Below are positions 38,446-52,300 of a stretch of DNA of 64,000 nt, in pieces. Origin of the DNA: Candidatus Chisholmbacteria bacterium (GTDB lineage: Bacteria; Patescibacteriota; Microgenomatia; UBA1400; Chisholmbacteraceae). The position numbers were made by a program, and so were the translations under genes. How positions within the stretch are numbered: position 1 is the stretch's first letter; each line of letters starts with the position of its first letter. The stretch lies in contig CAVPHZ010000001.1 in NCBI GenBank assembly GCA_963704905.1, positions 643,438 to 707,437 on the forward strand, read 5' to 3'. Under the pieces are notes generated by a model, which ran no database searches, was not told where the DNA came from, and saw only the letters and a program-made list of their open reading frames with translations.

Positions 38446-38733
38446 ATGAGTTTTTTTGGACGTAAGGAAGCAAATCCTGCTAGACAAATGATTGAAGCAG
38501 CCAATGTTGCTCAACTTCCGGGTCATACTTGGCCTAGTGCCAATTTGAGTTGTGGTGGTGCTGGAAAGCCACCCGAGAGTGTCTCAGATAATGGTAAAGG
38601 GGAATACATCAATCAACTTATGGGTAACTGCGGGATGTGTGATCAGCTATTTATTTTTGTCAAATCTACAGGGGCATGGGTTACCGTGGACCAATTTGAT
38701 CAGGTAGTTGCTGATCCTCAAGCCAGTTGGTGA
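38446..38733 (+). CDS. Hypothetical small Cys-containing protein (95 aa)
   Basis: ORF only; weak. Confidence 0.25.
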   Translation: MSFFGRKEANPARQMIEAANVAQLPGHTWPSANLSCGGAGKPPESVSDNGKGEYINQLMGNCGMCDQLFIFVKSTGAWVTVDQFDQVVADPQASW

Positions 38734-38780
38734 AAGTTTTGAAGTCTTTGGTCAGGTGTGTTATGCTGAATCTGTTCAAG

Positions 38781-40874
38781 ATGGCAGAAGAACAGCAGCC
38801 TACTTCACAACCAGATGCAGTATCATCTCCGAAAGAGCCTTTTTTAAAACGGTTTATTGTTTTTCTTACGAGTTCGTTCTCGGGATTTTTAGTTATCGTT
38901 GCCGTAGTCGCGTTGATGTTGTTTATCTTTGGGAGAAAAGGCGGTTCAATCAGCATTCCTGGCTTTCCGTCTCGGCCAACAAAGTCGACTGAGCGGGTGG
39001 AAGCATTTTCTTCTGAGGAGGAATTCAAGGAGTATCTCAGTCAGGCAGAAGAGCTGATCCGTAGCGGTTTTGGTGGTGCGATGGTAAATATGCAAACTCG
39101 GGAAATGCAAGCGTTTGAAGAAGCTGGAGATTTGGCTGCACCACTTGCTTTAGAAGGCGCTCCTTCCAGTGTTGGCACAACTCCTTCACGAGTATCGGAG
39201 ACGAATGTTCAAGTTCGGGGGATTGATGAGCCAGACATATTAAAAACCGATGGGCAGTCGATATTCTTTTCGAGTAACCTGTTTTTTGCCCGACCGCTTC
39301 AATTGGATGCTCCGTCCTTTATTGAACCTGATGTTTTTACTGAAGAAGAGTCGATACTTCCACCTGAACCTGTACGCAATCAAGCTACAAAAGTAATTGA
39401 TGCGTTTCCTCCAGCTGATCTTGAAGTGATTAGCGGAATTGATAAGCAGGGTGAGATGCTGCTGGCTGATGATATGCTGGTGGTTTTTTCAAACAATGAT
39501 GTATTTGGATATGATGTTTCCAGTCCGGAAAGTCCGAAGCAACAGTGGACGATTGATCTGGACAGCAGGACTCAAATTGTGTCATCCCGACTTTTTAATG
39601 ATACCGTCTATCTTGTCACGCAGACGAGGATTAATTCGTTGGATCCTTGCCCGATTCCACTGAGAAGTGGCGGTCAAGAGCTGTTCATTGCCTGTGATGA
39701 GATCTTCCACCCTGTCCGTCCCATTCCTGCGGATTCGACGTTTACAGTATTGGCTTTTGATCCATCCACCGGAGATGTTGAAGCCCGGCAATCGTTTGTC
39801 GGTACCAGCGGGCAAAGCGTGGTGTATATGTCGCTTCACGGGATTTACATCACCTACAACTTCTTTGAGAGTCCGCTGAATTTCTTTTACGACTTTCTGG
39901 TTACTGAGGGAAGCGGGTTATTGCCCAAGATTCTGATCGATAAGTTGGGAAGCTTACGTTCACTTGAAATCAGCGCTGAGGCTAAGATGGTTGAACTTCA
40001 GAAGCTCATGGAAGAGTACGACGCTTCCCTTGACAGTGATGATCGGTTGAAACTGCAGAATGAGATGGAAAATCGAATGGAACGGTATATGCAAAAACGG
40101 TTGAGGGATTTCCAGCAAACAGGAATTGTGCGGATTGATGTACCGGACCTGAATATCAGAGCTGCGGGAAGCGTGCCAGGAATGCCGTTGAATCAATTTT
40201 CTCTTGATGAGTACAGGGGAAATTTACGTATAGCCACAACAGTCAACGATTCAATGTTCGGAACTGGGACTGAGAGCGCTAATGATGTCTATGTGCTCGA
40301 TTCCACACTAAGTGTGATTGGACAGGTTCAGGGGCTGGGACTTACAGAACGGATTTATTCGGCGAGATTTATCGGTGACCGGGGATATTTGGTAACCTTT
40401 AGGCGGATTGACCCTTTCTATGTTCTGGATCTCTCAGATGCGCGAAAGCCTGTCATGCGCGGAGAGCTAAAGATTCCAGGGTTTTCTTCTTACCTGCATC
40501 CTATTTATGAGGATGTGATCCTTGGAGTTGGCGAAGAAGGCAACAAAGTGAAGCTGTCATTGTTTGATGTGGGAGATGCGGAGAATCCAACTGAGTCAAG
40601 CAAGTACCAGCTGGATGAATACTGGACTGATGTGGCGAATACCCATCATGCGTTTTTGATGGATGCAAAGCATATGGTATTTTTCATTCCCGGAAGCCAA
40701 GGCGGATATGTGTTTAGCTATGCTGGGGATGAGCTGGAATTACTGCGAGCCGTAAGCGATATCAGCGCACGGCGGGCGCTGTTTATTGACGATTATCTCT
40801 ATATTGTGGGTGACGATAAGATTGTAGTTTTGAATGAGAATGATTGGACAGAGGTGAATAGGTTGGTGTTTTAG
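38781..40874 (+). CDS. Membrane-anchored secreted beta-propeller-domain protein (COG4880/Beta_propel-like). The ORF extends to 38727; start placed at MAEEQQ.
   Basis: N-terminal TM anchor 'FIVFLTSSFSGFLVIVAVVALMLFIF'. C-terminal region has 'YSARFIGDRGYLVTFRRIDPFYVLDLSDARKPVMRGELKIPGFSSYLHP', which I associate with this propeller family. Recognition is from memory only. Confidence 0.45.
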   Translation: MAEEQQPTSQPDAVSSPKEPFLKRFIVFLTSSFSGFLVIVAVVALMLFIFGRKGGSISIPGFPSRPTKSTERVEAFSSEEEFKEYLSQAEELIRSGFGGAMVNMQTREMQAFEEAGDLAAPLALEGAPSSVGTTPSRVSETNVQVRGIDEPDILKTDGQSIFFSSNLFFARPLQLDAPSFIEPDVFTEEESILPPEPVRNQATKVIDAFPPADLEVISGIDKQGEMLLADDMLVVFSNNDVFGYDVSSPESPKQQWTIDLDSRTQIVSSRLFNDTVYLVTQTRINSLDPCPIPLRSGGQELFIACDEIFHPVRPIPADSTFTVLAFDPSTGDVEARQSFVGTSGQSVVYMSLHGIYITYNFFESPLNFFYDFLVTEGSGLLPKILIDKLGSLRSLEISAEAKMVELQKLMEEYDASLDSDDRLKLQNEMENRMERYMQKRLRDFQQTGIVRIDVPDLNIRAAGSVPGMPLNQFSLDEYRGNLRIATTVNDSMFGTGTESANDVYVLDSTLSVIGQVQGLGLTERIYSARFIGDRGYLVTFRRIDPFYVLDLSDARKPVMRGELKIPGFSSYLHPIYEDVILGVGEEGNKVKLSLFDVGDAENPTESSKYQLDEYWTDVANTHHAFLMDAKHMVFFIPGSQGGYVFSYAGDELELLRAVSDISARRALFIDDYLYIVGDDKIVVLNENDWTEVNRLVF

Positions 40875-40974
40875 ATACTTATGACTGCCGTTGACTTTTC
40901 AGGGGTATCTGGTATTATACTTCATGCTTTTACTATGACCTAACGTGCCGACCAAGATTCATTTTCTTGAGGTA

Positions 40975-41003
40975 GAGCCTCGACTTGGTTGAGGCTTTTT
41001 TTG
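40975..41003 (+). terminator. Rho-independent terminator after the beta-propeller gene
   Basis: 'gagcctcgacttggttgaggc' hairpin followed by 'ttttttt'. Confidence 0.5.
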
Positions 41004-41071
41004 TCGGTAAAATCGCAGCTCGCTCCTTGACAATCGAATATTTTTTAGCCAGTAAGGTAATTTTTGTATTT

Positions 41072-41100
41072 TTGATAGTTTTAGATGTGATAGGATAAAT
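41072..41100 (+). promoter_or_regulatory. Candidate sigma70-type promoter for 16S rRNA
   Basis: 'ttgata'-17 nt-'ataaat' ending 9 nt before the mature 16S 5' end. Confidence 0.3.
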
Positions 41101-41107
41101 TTTTATT

Positions 41108-42597
<1,490 letters not shown>

Positions 42598-42689
42598 AAG
42601 GAGTTTACATAACTCACGCAAGGTTTGTCGGAGTCCTTGTCCCGCTCGGCGGGAGAAAGAAACCGACCCTATCACATCTAAGACTAACA

Positions 42690-42790
42690 AGAATTGGTTG
42701 GAATCAGATTAAAATCGGTTGAAATTAGTTAGAATTGGTTGGAATTAGTTGCAATTAGTTTAAATCAGTCGAAGTCGGTTGGAATTTGCT
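42690..42790 (+). repeat. Degenerate 10-bp tandem repeat (about 10 units of g/t-aat-y-r-gtt-r) directly after 16S
   Basis: 'gaattggttg gaatcagatt aaaatcggtt gaaattagtt agaattggtt ggaattagtt gcaattagtt taaatcagtc gaagtcggtt ggaatttgct'. Confidence 0.7.
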
Positions 42791-42796
42791 AGAGAA

Positions 42797-42822
42797 GAAC
42801 CGCTCGGGAGAGCGGTTTTTTT
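42797..42822 (+). terminator. Rho-independent terminator after 16S and the spacer repeat
   Basis: 'gaaccgctcgggagagcggtt' perfect hairpin plus 'ttttttt'. Confidence 0.7.
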
Positions 42823-42849
42823 GTGGTGTATGGTAAGATTCGGTGCTTT

Positions 42850-43935
42850 ATGCCAGATGCTGAGAAAAATTTACCATTTAGTGAAGAAGCTCTACCTACT
42901 CTGAGGAGAATGGTTGAGTATGAAGAGGAAATTGGTGTGAGAGATCCTGCAAGTTTAATGCCATTTTCTTTGTATAAGGCTGCTCTTCAAGCAGAGATTC
43001 AGAATGGACTATTTACTTTGGACGCTACCACTGAAGAAGAAAAGTTAGCTCAGGATTTATCAACCGAAGAGTTGACATTGGTTGGACCTTATCTGTCTGT
43101 AATTGCAGAAGCTCGTGTTTTTCGAAGAAAATACTATCCCGAGATTGCACGTTCAGCCGCTATCAGTACTGGATACTTCAGAGAGATTGTCTTTGCTGGA
43201 AGTGAAATTTTTCCTGACGCGTTATTGTATTTGGCAAAAAGTAAGGATGAATCAGTTGAAGAATTAATACTTGTGGAACGGTTGGGGGCATTAGCTGAAG
43301 ACATGCAAGTATATGTGGAAGATGTGATATCAAATATGCTTCTTCAGCAAGGAGCTATTCCTGAAGATCAGAGTGAGAAAGTTTATGATATTTTTGACGA
43401 TCCTCCTGATCATACTTCTGATATCTATACTGAACTTCGGCAATTATTTCTACTTGCATATCAGGTGGTTGATAGGCGAAGACCTGTGGCTATGCAAGAA
43501 AGTGAAAAGAGAACACGAGAGAGTTTTTATTTTGGAGATGAGGAGATTCAGTTAACTGAAGCGCAGAGGATAATTCTTGAACCTTTTGAAGATCTTATTG
43601 CGCAGTCTCTTAAGTTTAGAAGTGTACATAAAATTGTCATTGCTGATGATGTAATGCAGGGACCTTCCGGCTCTCAAAATTTTTATCAAGATATTTCTGA
43701 GCAGATAGCAACAGCATTACCAGATGGTATTCCTTTTTTGGTTGCAAAATATGACATTAGGGAATTTGATTTGGTATTGCCTCATCTTGATAAGATGGTT
43801 GGGCAAATGATAACTGTGGTAAAACCATATATGATTGAGGATGAAAGTAAAGATGAGCTTCGAGAAGATGCACCACCACATATCCAAGATCTCTTTGAAT
43901 TAATGAATTCTTCATTGGATGTGTTTTATTTGTAG
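42850..43935 (+). CDS. Hypothetical acidic protein (ORF extends to a GTG at 42823; ATG 42850 preferred)
   Basis: Long ORF immediately after the terminator; no motif recognised. Confidence 0.4.
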   Translation: MPDAEKNLPFSEEALPTLRRMVEYEEEIGVRDPASLMPFSLYKAALQAEIQNGLFTLDATTEEEKLAQDLSTEELTLVGPYLSVIAEARVFRRKYYPEIARSAAISTGYFREIVFAGSEIFPDALLYLAKSKDESVEELILVERLGALAEDMQVYVEDVISNMLLQQGAIPEDQSEKVYDIFDDPPDHTSDIYTELRQLFLLAYQVVDRRRPVAMQESEKRTRESFYFGDEEIQLTEAQRIILEPFEDLIAQSLKFRSVHKIVIADDVMQGPSGSQNFYQDISEQIATALPDGIPFLVAKYDIREFDLVLPHLDKMVGQMITVVKPYMIEDESKDELREDAPPHIQDLFELMNSSLDVFYL

Positions 43936-44086
43936 GAAAGGATTTGTGTTTTTTTGAACAGCTATAGAGGGCGGTTTTTTGGTGGATTTATTGATGAAGG
44001 AGCCAAGGCTGGAAAGGAATTCTCCAAAAGTTTTTGATATTTCTCGGGAAGCCAAGTATCTGTTATCATACTCATGAAGGATATCT

Positions 44087-44302
44087 ATGAAATTTTTTGG
44101 CGTGCTCTTTGTCATCACTTCGCTGGTTTGTCTGTTTCTGGGATTTATGGGGCTCAAGGGGGATATTGACCATGATTCCTACATTCGGAAGTGGACATTG
44201 TACTGGAAGGCATCGACTCAGTCCGGATATAAAATCATTGGGATTGTGTATTTGTTTCTGGGGGGGCTGCTTTACTTTGTGGCGTTGGCGATGTTGATTT
44301 GA
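44087..44302 (+). CDS. Small 2-TM membrane protein (71 aa)
   Basis: Two hydrophobic helices; precedes obg. Confidence 0.3.
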   Translation: MKFFGVLFVITSLVCLFLGFMGLKGDIDHDSYIRKWTLYWKASTQSGYKIIGIVYLFLGGLLYFVALAMLI

Positions 44303-44411
44303 GGGTTGGGTTGAATTGTCGTTTTGAGTCTCCTAAAAAGTCTGTATGCTTTTCAGGATAAACATGAACAATGATTTTCGGTTGTTATGGCTTCTTTATA
44401 GACTCTTATAG

Positions 44412-45458
<1,047 letters not shown>

Positions 45459-45540
45459 AGTGATTCTTCATTTAATCGGTCACGATACCTCTAAAGGTGA
45501 GACCTGGTAAGGTGCTCTATGGAGGAGGTTTACATTCTTT

Positions 45541-46467
45541 CTAGCTTGATTGTGAAGCGGTAGTTGTGACTAGGCAGCCGTTCCAGCCTCCGGGTCCGGC
45601 GAGGTTGGACCACTGCTGCCAGGTTCCAGACTCATAGAGATGATCCCAGCTAGTAGAGCCGCTGGAGCCGAAGTAACCTACAGGACCATTGCCAGTTTGA
45701 GCTTCGTCTCCCCAATACATGGTATGCCAACCGTTCCAGCCTCCGCTCCAGCTGATGGTGGTGTGATACAGCAGGGGATTACTACCATCTTGGTTGGCGG
45801 TGATGGTGCAGGATGGAGTTCCTTGGGTGGCTTCGACAGTGGTAACGACTTTGCATTGACCAACACCACCTGGACCATGGACATTGGTCCATTGATCCCA
45901 GGTTCCTGGATTGTAAACATGATCCCAGCTGACTGATCCGTATCGGCCATAGAAACCAACTGGACCGTTTCCTGTCTGACTTTCATCTCCCCAGTAAAAT
46001 GCGTGCCAGCCATCATAGGCCCGATCCCAACCAACTGTGGTGTGGAAGAGCTGCGGGTTTGAACCGTCTTTGGTGATGGAAATGCTGCAGGTGGCTGGAT
46101 CGGATTGACCCTCGATGGTTATTTTCAATACGCATTGGGCAGTTCCACCCGGTCCAGACATATGCGTCCATTGATCCCAAGTTCCCTGGTTGTAAAAATG
46201 ATCCCAGTTAGCTGAACCGCTAGAACCGAAATAGCCTATGGGCCCGTTGCCGGTTTGGGCTTCATCGCCCCAATACAACAGGTGCCAGCCATTCCAGCCG
46301 CCACTCCAACTTAAACTGGTGTGGAACACATGACGGTTCCCTGAATCTTGGTTTGAAGAAAGAGTACATTTTGGAGAATCAAGCGCAAACGATTTGGTGA
46401 TGAATCCAGTCGCTACTAGAAGGAGCGAAGTAAGTATTGCTGCTGCGATATTTTTTCTGCTGTTCAT
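45541..46467 (-). CDS. Secreted protein of three PKD-like ~95-aa repeats (start at MNSRKN; ORF extends to 46503)
   Basis: Signal peptide; three repeats of 'C..S.Q.....H.T.SW.GGWNGWH..YWGDE.QTGNGP.G..G..GS..WDH.Y..GTW.QW....GPGG...C'. Confidence 0.55.
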   Translation of the reverse strand: MNSRKNIAAAILTSLLLVATGFITKSFALDSPKCTLSSNQDSGNRHVFHTSLSWSGGWNGWHLLYWGDEAQTGNGPIGYFGSSGSANWDHFYNQGTWDQWTHMSGPGGTAQCVLKITIEGQSDPATCSISITKDGSNPQLFHTTVGWDRAYDGWHAFYWGDESQTGNGPVGFYGRYGSVSWDHVYNPGTWDQWTNVHGPGGVGQCKVVTTVEATQGTPSCTITANQDGSNPLLYHTTISWSGGWNGWHTMYWGDEAQTGNGPVGYFGSSGSTSWDHLYESGTWQQWSNLAGPGGWNGCLVTTTASQSS

Positions 46468-46562
46468 GTCTCGGGCAGCCCGAGTGAATGTAGTGTATTG
46501 CACCTTCAGTATACTGCATTGATCAAGCCCTGTTTTTAAAGGTTCGGAACCTTAGTTTGCCA

Positions 46563-46610
46563 AAAAAAGACAGCTCTGAGAAGTGAATCTCAGCAAGCTG
46601 TCTTTTTTAT
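46563..46610. terminator. Bidirectional rho-independent terminator
   Basis: 'aaaaaaagacagctctgagaagtgaatctcagcaagctgtctttttt': long interrupted hairpin flanked by an A-run and a T-run. Confidence 0.6.
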
Positions 46611-46619
46611 ATGGACAGA

Positions 46620-47567
46620 TTAGTTTTGGGCAGTTATTGTTTCGAGACAACCACCCCAGCCTCCGGGTCCTTCAAGATTTGACCATTGCTGCCAAGTTCC
46701 AGCATTGTAGAGATGGTCCCAGCTGGTTGAGCCGGATTGACCAAAGTAGCCGACTGGATCTGTACCAGTGACCCCTTCGTCACCCCAGTAGAACAGATGC
46801 CAGCCATCCATTGCACCATCCCAAGTAAGCGTAGAGTGGTACAAGAGAGGATTCCCACTATCTGCAGTTGTGGTCACTGAACAGACTGGCGGGTTCGGTT
46901 GTGGGGGAGTTACTACGGTGACTGTTTCAACACAGCCTCCGCCTCCTCCCGGTCCATCAACGTTTGCCCATTGCTGCCAAGTTCCAGGATCATATTCATG
47001 ATCCCAACTTGTCATACCATTTTTGCCAAAAAATCCTGGACCTTCCGCTCCTGTTACAGCTTCATCACCCCAGTGGAAGAGCGACCAATTATCATATGTT
47101 CCACTCCAAGTTACTGTTGAGTGATAGAGGAGTGGGTTGGTAGCATCTTGAGTTGAGGTAATGCTGCAAGTTGCAGGATCGGATGGAGGATATTGGGCGG
47201 TGACTGTTTGAATACAGTTTCCGTTGCCCCCTGGTCCTGAAAGGTTTGACCATTGCTGCCAGGTACCTCCGTTGTAGACGTGATCCCAACTAGACGTGCC
47301 ACTCGAGCCAAAGTAGCCGACCGGTCCGTTGTGTGTTTGAGCCTCGTCTCCCCAATGGAAAAGATGCCAGCTATTATAGGCTCCACTCCAACTTATCGTT
47401 GTGTGGTAGAGGAAAGGATCATTGGTGTCTTGGGTTGCAGTGATACTGCAGGTTGCCGGGTCGATAGCCTGAACTGTTTGTGCGAGTCCGGTGCTGCCGA
47501 TAAGAAGCAAGGTTGTTGTTCCAAGAATAACCGCTAATTTTGTTAACGATTTCATTATTCTTCTCAC
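46620..47567 (-). CDS. Secreted protein of three PKD-like repeats, paralog of 45541..46467
   Basis: Signal peptide 'MKSLTKLAVILGTTTLLLIGSTGLAQTVQA'; same repeat consensus ('WGDEA.T...GP.G.FG..G..SWDH.Y..GTWQQW....GPGG..C'). Confidence 0.55.
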   Translation of the reverse strand: MRRIMKSLTKLAVILGTTTLLLIGSTGLAQTVQAIDPATCSITATQDTNDPFLYHTTISWSGAYNSWHLFHWGDEAQTHNGPVGYFGSSGTSSWDHVYNGGTWQQWSNLSGPGGNGNCIQTVTAQYPPSDPATCSITSTQDATNPLLYHSTVTWSGTYDNWSLFHWGDEAVTGAEGPGFFGKNGMTSWDHEYDPGTWQQWANVDGPGGGGGCVETVTVVTPPQPNPPVCSVTTTADSGNPLLYHSTLTWDGAMDGWHLFYWGDEGVTGTDPVGYFGQSGSTSWDHLYNAGTWQQWSNLEGPGGWGGCLETITAQN

Positions 47568-49321
47568 CTCCTTTCTTTTGTAGAGGTGAAAAATAGCTTT
47601 GCCAAGCTATTTTGAACGTACTCGAGTGGGATGATAGCAGAAAAAAAGACTGGTGTCAAAATGTTATGGGGTTGAATGATATGCCTTTAAGGGTTCAACC
47701 TTTTAAGGTCGTAAAAAAACGGTAGACATGTGAAGTGAGAGGGGGAGAGCGATGAGTGCGGTGAAGGGGTTAACCTTCAAAGACTGGGTGCTCTGCCCGA
47801 CTTTTATTCAATGCTACCGTTTTTGTTTTGACCGAGGTTTCGGCCAGCGCAATGGTTTCGACAACGTGCGTCGAAGCTGCGCTGGCGAGAAATGATCTCG
47901 ATCAAGTTCCCCAGTTCCGGAGTAGTTTTGTTCCAATCCGGAACTGGGGGAATAACGGGTTATCCCTGCTTACCAGGGGGTACGATTGGGAATTCTCGGG
48001 TGGAGTTCAGGTCCTACCCAAAGTGACCCGGAACAGTCCAGGTAATATCTTTCAACGAGACCCCAATCAACTGTGAATTCTTCTCCTGGACTGTAGTAGT
48101 GGTTTTGCTCTTGGAGTGGTTCATGCACGAGTGCTCGACCATCGTCGAGTACAATGACAACGCCGATAAGGCGGCTGTCCACTGCGAAGGAACTATACCC
48201 TCCGACATCTACCCACTGACCATTGCTGGTCGGAGGGCACGGAGTGGATGTTACCTGTGCAGGAGCAGAACTGTTACCACCAACAGGCGTCTTACCATAT
48301 AACCCTTGTCATTATGAAGAATCTCTTCATCTGTTACTTCCTTCTCACTTTGCCTATGCTCTCACTGAGCACTTTTGTTACTTGCCCAGACAGTAATCGT
48401 CAGGGTTTTGGCAAAAGCAATCTGCGTTTCGCAGATTTTTGGTGCCTTCTCCAGTATCTTAGGAGCTTCACCTTCTCCCTTCCTCAGGGGGAGTAGGTGA
48501 TTTTTGGACGTTGTCCAAAAAAGACTGTAAGTGAGCAGAGGAGAAGAGACAACTTTATCTGATACTGTTGCTTCCTCTGTTCCGCTCACTTTCTGTGAGA
48601 AGCGAAAACAAGGGTATAACCCGCTACTTTTTTATTAAAGTGCGAACCTTTCAGCAATAGGTTTTTTCTTCCGCAGATGTGGAAGAAAAACGAGTACTGA
48701 GAAAGGAATGTACGATTAGTTTGTAAGATAAATATTCAGTTTAATTGTGTTCCACTTTCGTCCTTTTGGACTCTTCAGCTCCGATACACATCGGAGGAGT
48801 GGAACGGGTAGTCTAGATTGCTTGTTGGTAAAAATGTTGGGGTGTGAGTGAGACGATAAGTGTCTCAATCAACGATTGCATGTAATATGCCCAACAGATC
48901 TACGTTCAAGCAGTCTATATGTGACTACCCAGTTCCGACTTGACAGGGAATTCCCTTGCCGTTCCAGTCAAGCTTGTGCTTGATAGTTTTAACTAAGCGC
49001 GAGAGCGCGAAGTGAACGACTAATGGGAGTGTTTCCCATTCAAGTTTCCCAGTCCCGGGTGAGGGGTCCCACACCGGGACTGGGAGAACTGATGACAAGA
49101 TAAGTGCTGGGGAGATTGAACTCCAATCCAATAGCCTCTCGATACGCTGCTATTGATTTTCGTTCATTTTTTCCTGCTTGTAGAGGTAAAACGCTGCGAT
49201 CTCATGGCTCTCAAAACGCTCCATGGATCACGTATCTACAAGTGGATCTCCGGTTGGGGTGATTTCTAGCCTGTCAGGTTTTTTAGGCCTGATTTTTTCT
49301 AGAGGCTAGGGTTGATGCTTG

Positions 49322-52300
49322 TTACTGCGAAGCACCTCCTTGGAGTGCGGTTAACAGCGCGATGTTCTGCGCCATTGAGCCGATGTAGTCAGCAGCGCTG
49401 GCTACGATTCCAAGGTTGACTGCGAGGTCTGCGCGGGCGCTGAACGAAGCGTCCATGTCCGCTTGGACCAAACAGTCGACAACGGATACTCCCGAATAAT
49501 CTGCGCAGGCGGCTGCCTGTGCATCCGAGAGTGTTGAACTGTTCGAGCTTGCATCGATCGGTTGTCCCGTCAATGGGGCAGCCAACTCTTGCGAAGTAGG
49601 GGTAAGGCGGTCTGGAGACCACCAGCCGGGTTTGACACCGACCAGCGAATCCTGATTCAGACCTTCGAGTACTCGCAGCTCGGTGGGCAGACCTTCGTTG
49701 TCAAGCTCAGCAACATTGAGGTTGCCTTCGATGAGCATTACAACGTATCCACCACCGGGGCGAAACGCCAGTGATTCGGCGTCTGTGCTGAAGATTTTGT
49801 CATCGCCACTCTGCAAGTAGGGCTTTGAAACGAACTGCCCTGCCTGTTGCATCACCCAAGCTTCCTGGTCGGGATACCAGGTGATGCTGGTGGTTGCGCC
49901 TTCGACACCGAGGGCATCGGCTTCGAGAGCTGTCGCTCCGACCTCCGCTTTCTGAATAGAGGCGGTGTTCACGATGGTTTCGCAAACCATAACCAATCCG
50001 TCTGGGCTGACGACTGGTTTCTGGCAGTCCGAAGCCATGAGCTCCCGCTCTGACCCGTCGAGCTTGATGCGTTCGACTGTGTACTTTCCATCCCTCTCAG
50101 CAGTGAAGTAGACATGATTGTCGGTGCTAGTGAAGGGATGCAGTTCATTGACATCAGCGGTGTCGGTCAGCTGGTGAGGAGTTCCGCCGAACACGGGCAT
50201 AGAGTAGAGGTCACTTTGATCCTCTGTTTCGACAGAGAAGTCCCACTGGCAACCGTCCTTGGTGATCGAAATCACCGGGTCGGTGCTTTTACCATCCAAA
50301 TCGATTTTCACATCGACCTGGGGTTCGTGGGTGAACGTTCCGTCGGCAATCTCGTCCAGGATGTACGAGATCGTCATGCCCTGCTTCCAAAAGATGTGCT
50401 CTTCAGGAAGACACTGAGCTACCTGCGCGATGACTTCGGGCGGAGCTTGCGTTGTCGTCGGCGGTTCCTCAAAGGTGACGCTGTCGTTACAGGTAACTGA
50501 GCCACCTGGGCCGGTGACCGTAAAGGTCAGGTCGTAGGTTCCAGCGGAGGTGTACTGATGCTCGCGCATCTCCGTACCGCTCATACCCTCGAAACCAACC
50601 TCGGTTTCATCGCCCCATTCGAGGATTTGCCATCCCTCGCCATTTTCCCAGCTTGCGTTAGCGTTGATGCGCCGTTCCTCTTGCGAGGTGATTTCGGTGC
50701 TCAGACTGCAGGTGGGTGCCGGCGGAGGTGGCGGAGGCTCAAAGGTGACGCTGTCGTTACAGGTAACTGAGCCACCTGGGCCGGTGACCGTAAAGGTCAG
50801 GTCGTAGGTTCCAGCGGAGGTGTACTGATGCTCGCGCATCTCCGTACCGCTCATACCCTCGAAACCAACCTCGGTTTCATCGCCCCATTCGAGGATTTGC
50901 CATCCCTCGCCATTTTCCCAGCTTGCGTTAGCGTTGATGCGCCGTTCCTCTTGCGAGGTGATTTCGGTGCTCAGACTGCAGGTGGGTGCCGGTGGAGGTG
51001 GCGGAGGCTCAAAGGTGACCTTAGCCTTGCATGTTACCTTTCCACCAGGGCCATGAACAACCAAGCGCAGACGGTAGGTTCCAGCCTCTGGATACACATG
51101 GGTTTCCTCAAAGGTCCCATCAGTACCAGCGAAAGAAACTTGTTCGCCATTGTGGCCCCAGTACAGGGTGGTTCCATCCTCATAAGCGTTGCCATAGCTG
51201 CCACTGGCTACTGCCTCGTACAGGTTGTCAGTAGTGCTGACTTCCAAACTGCAGGTGGGTGCCGGCGGAGGTGGCGGAGGCTCAAAGGTGACCTTAGCCT
51301 TGCATGTTACCTTTCCACCAGGGCCATGAACAACCAAGCGCAGACGGTAGGTTCCAGCCTCTGGATACACATGGGTTTCCTCAAAGGTCCCATCAGTACC
51401 AGCGAAAGAAACTTGTTCGCCATTGTGGCCCCAGTACAGGGTGGTTCCATCCTCATAAGCGTTGCCATAGCTGCCACTGGCTACTGCCTCGTACAGGTTG
51501 TCAGTAGTGCTGACTTCCAAACTGCAGGTGGGTGCCGGCGGAGGTGGCGGAGGCTCAAAGGTAACTTCATCCGAGCAGCTTGTGGTGCCACCGGGTCCGG
51601 TAACCGTGAACTCTTGGACATACGTTCCGTAGTCCGAGAACTGATGCTCACGGGTCTCGTTGCCGGAAGCTCCTTGAAAGCCAACATCGGTTCCATCACC
51701 CCAGGTGAGGATGTGCCAGTCTTCATTACCGCCGTCCCAGCTCACGTTGGTGCTGATCTGCTTCTCGTCTTCGTTGACGACGGTGGTGTTCACCGAGCAG
51801 GTGGGTGCCGGCGGAGGTGGCGGGGGTTCCTCAAAGGTAACTTCATCCGAGCAGCTTGTGGTGCCACCGGGTCCGGTAACCGTGAACTCTTGGACATACG
51901 TTCCGTAGTCCGAGAACTGATGCTCACGGGTCTCGTTGCCGGAAGCTCCTTGAAAGCCAACATCGGTTCCATCACCCCAGGTGAGGATGTGCCAGTCTTC
52001 ATTACCGCCGTCCCAGCTCACGTTGGTGCTGATCTGCTTCTCGTCTTCGTTGACGACGGTGGTGTTCACCGAGCAGGTGGGTGCCGGCGGAGGTGGCGGG
52101 GGGCAATCCGGTTTGTAGATCGTTCCGGATGCGCTCCATGTATCGATCACGTTACCTTCACCATCATACCAGGTGACAGTTACGGACCAGTCCGCCGACT
52201 GTTGTCCATCAGCCCAGGTTCCGACGAGGTTCGAGCTTTCCGTTATTACACCTTCTTGGCCATTCCAGACGGTATTCACCTTGACTTCCCAGCCTTCGCA

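Noticed and set aside
38708-38992. 94-aa ORF overlapping the start of the beta-propeller protein gene
   Set aside because: Alternative frame of a region already covered by a longer ORF that has a TM anchor; no support.
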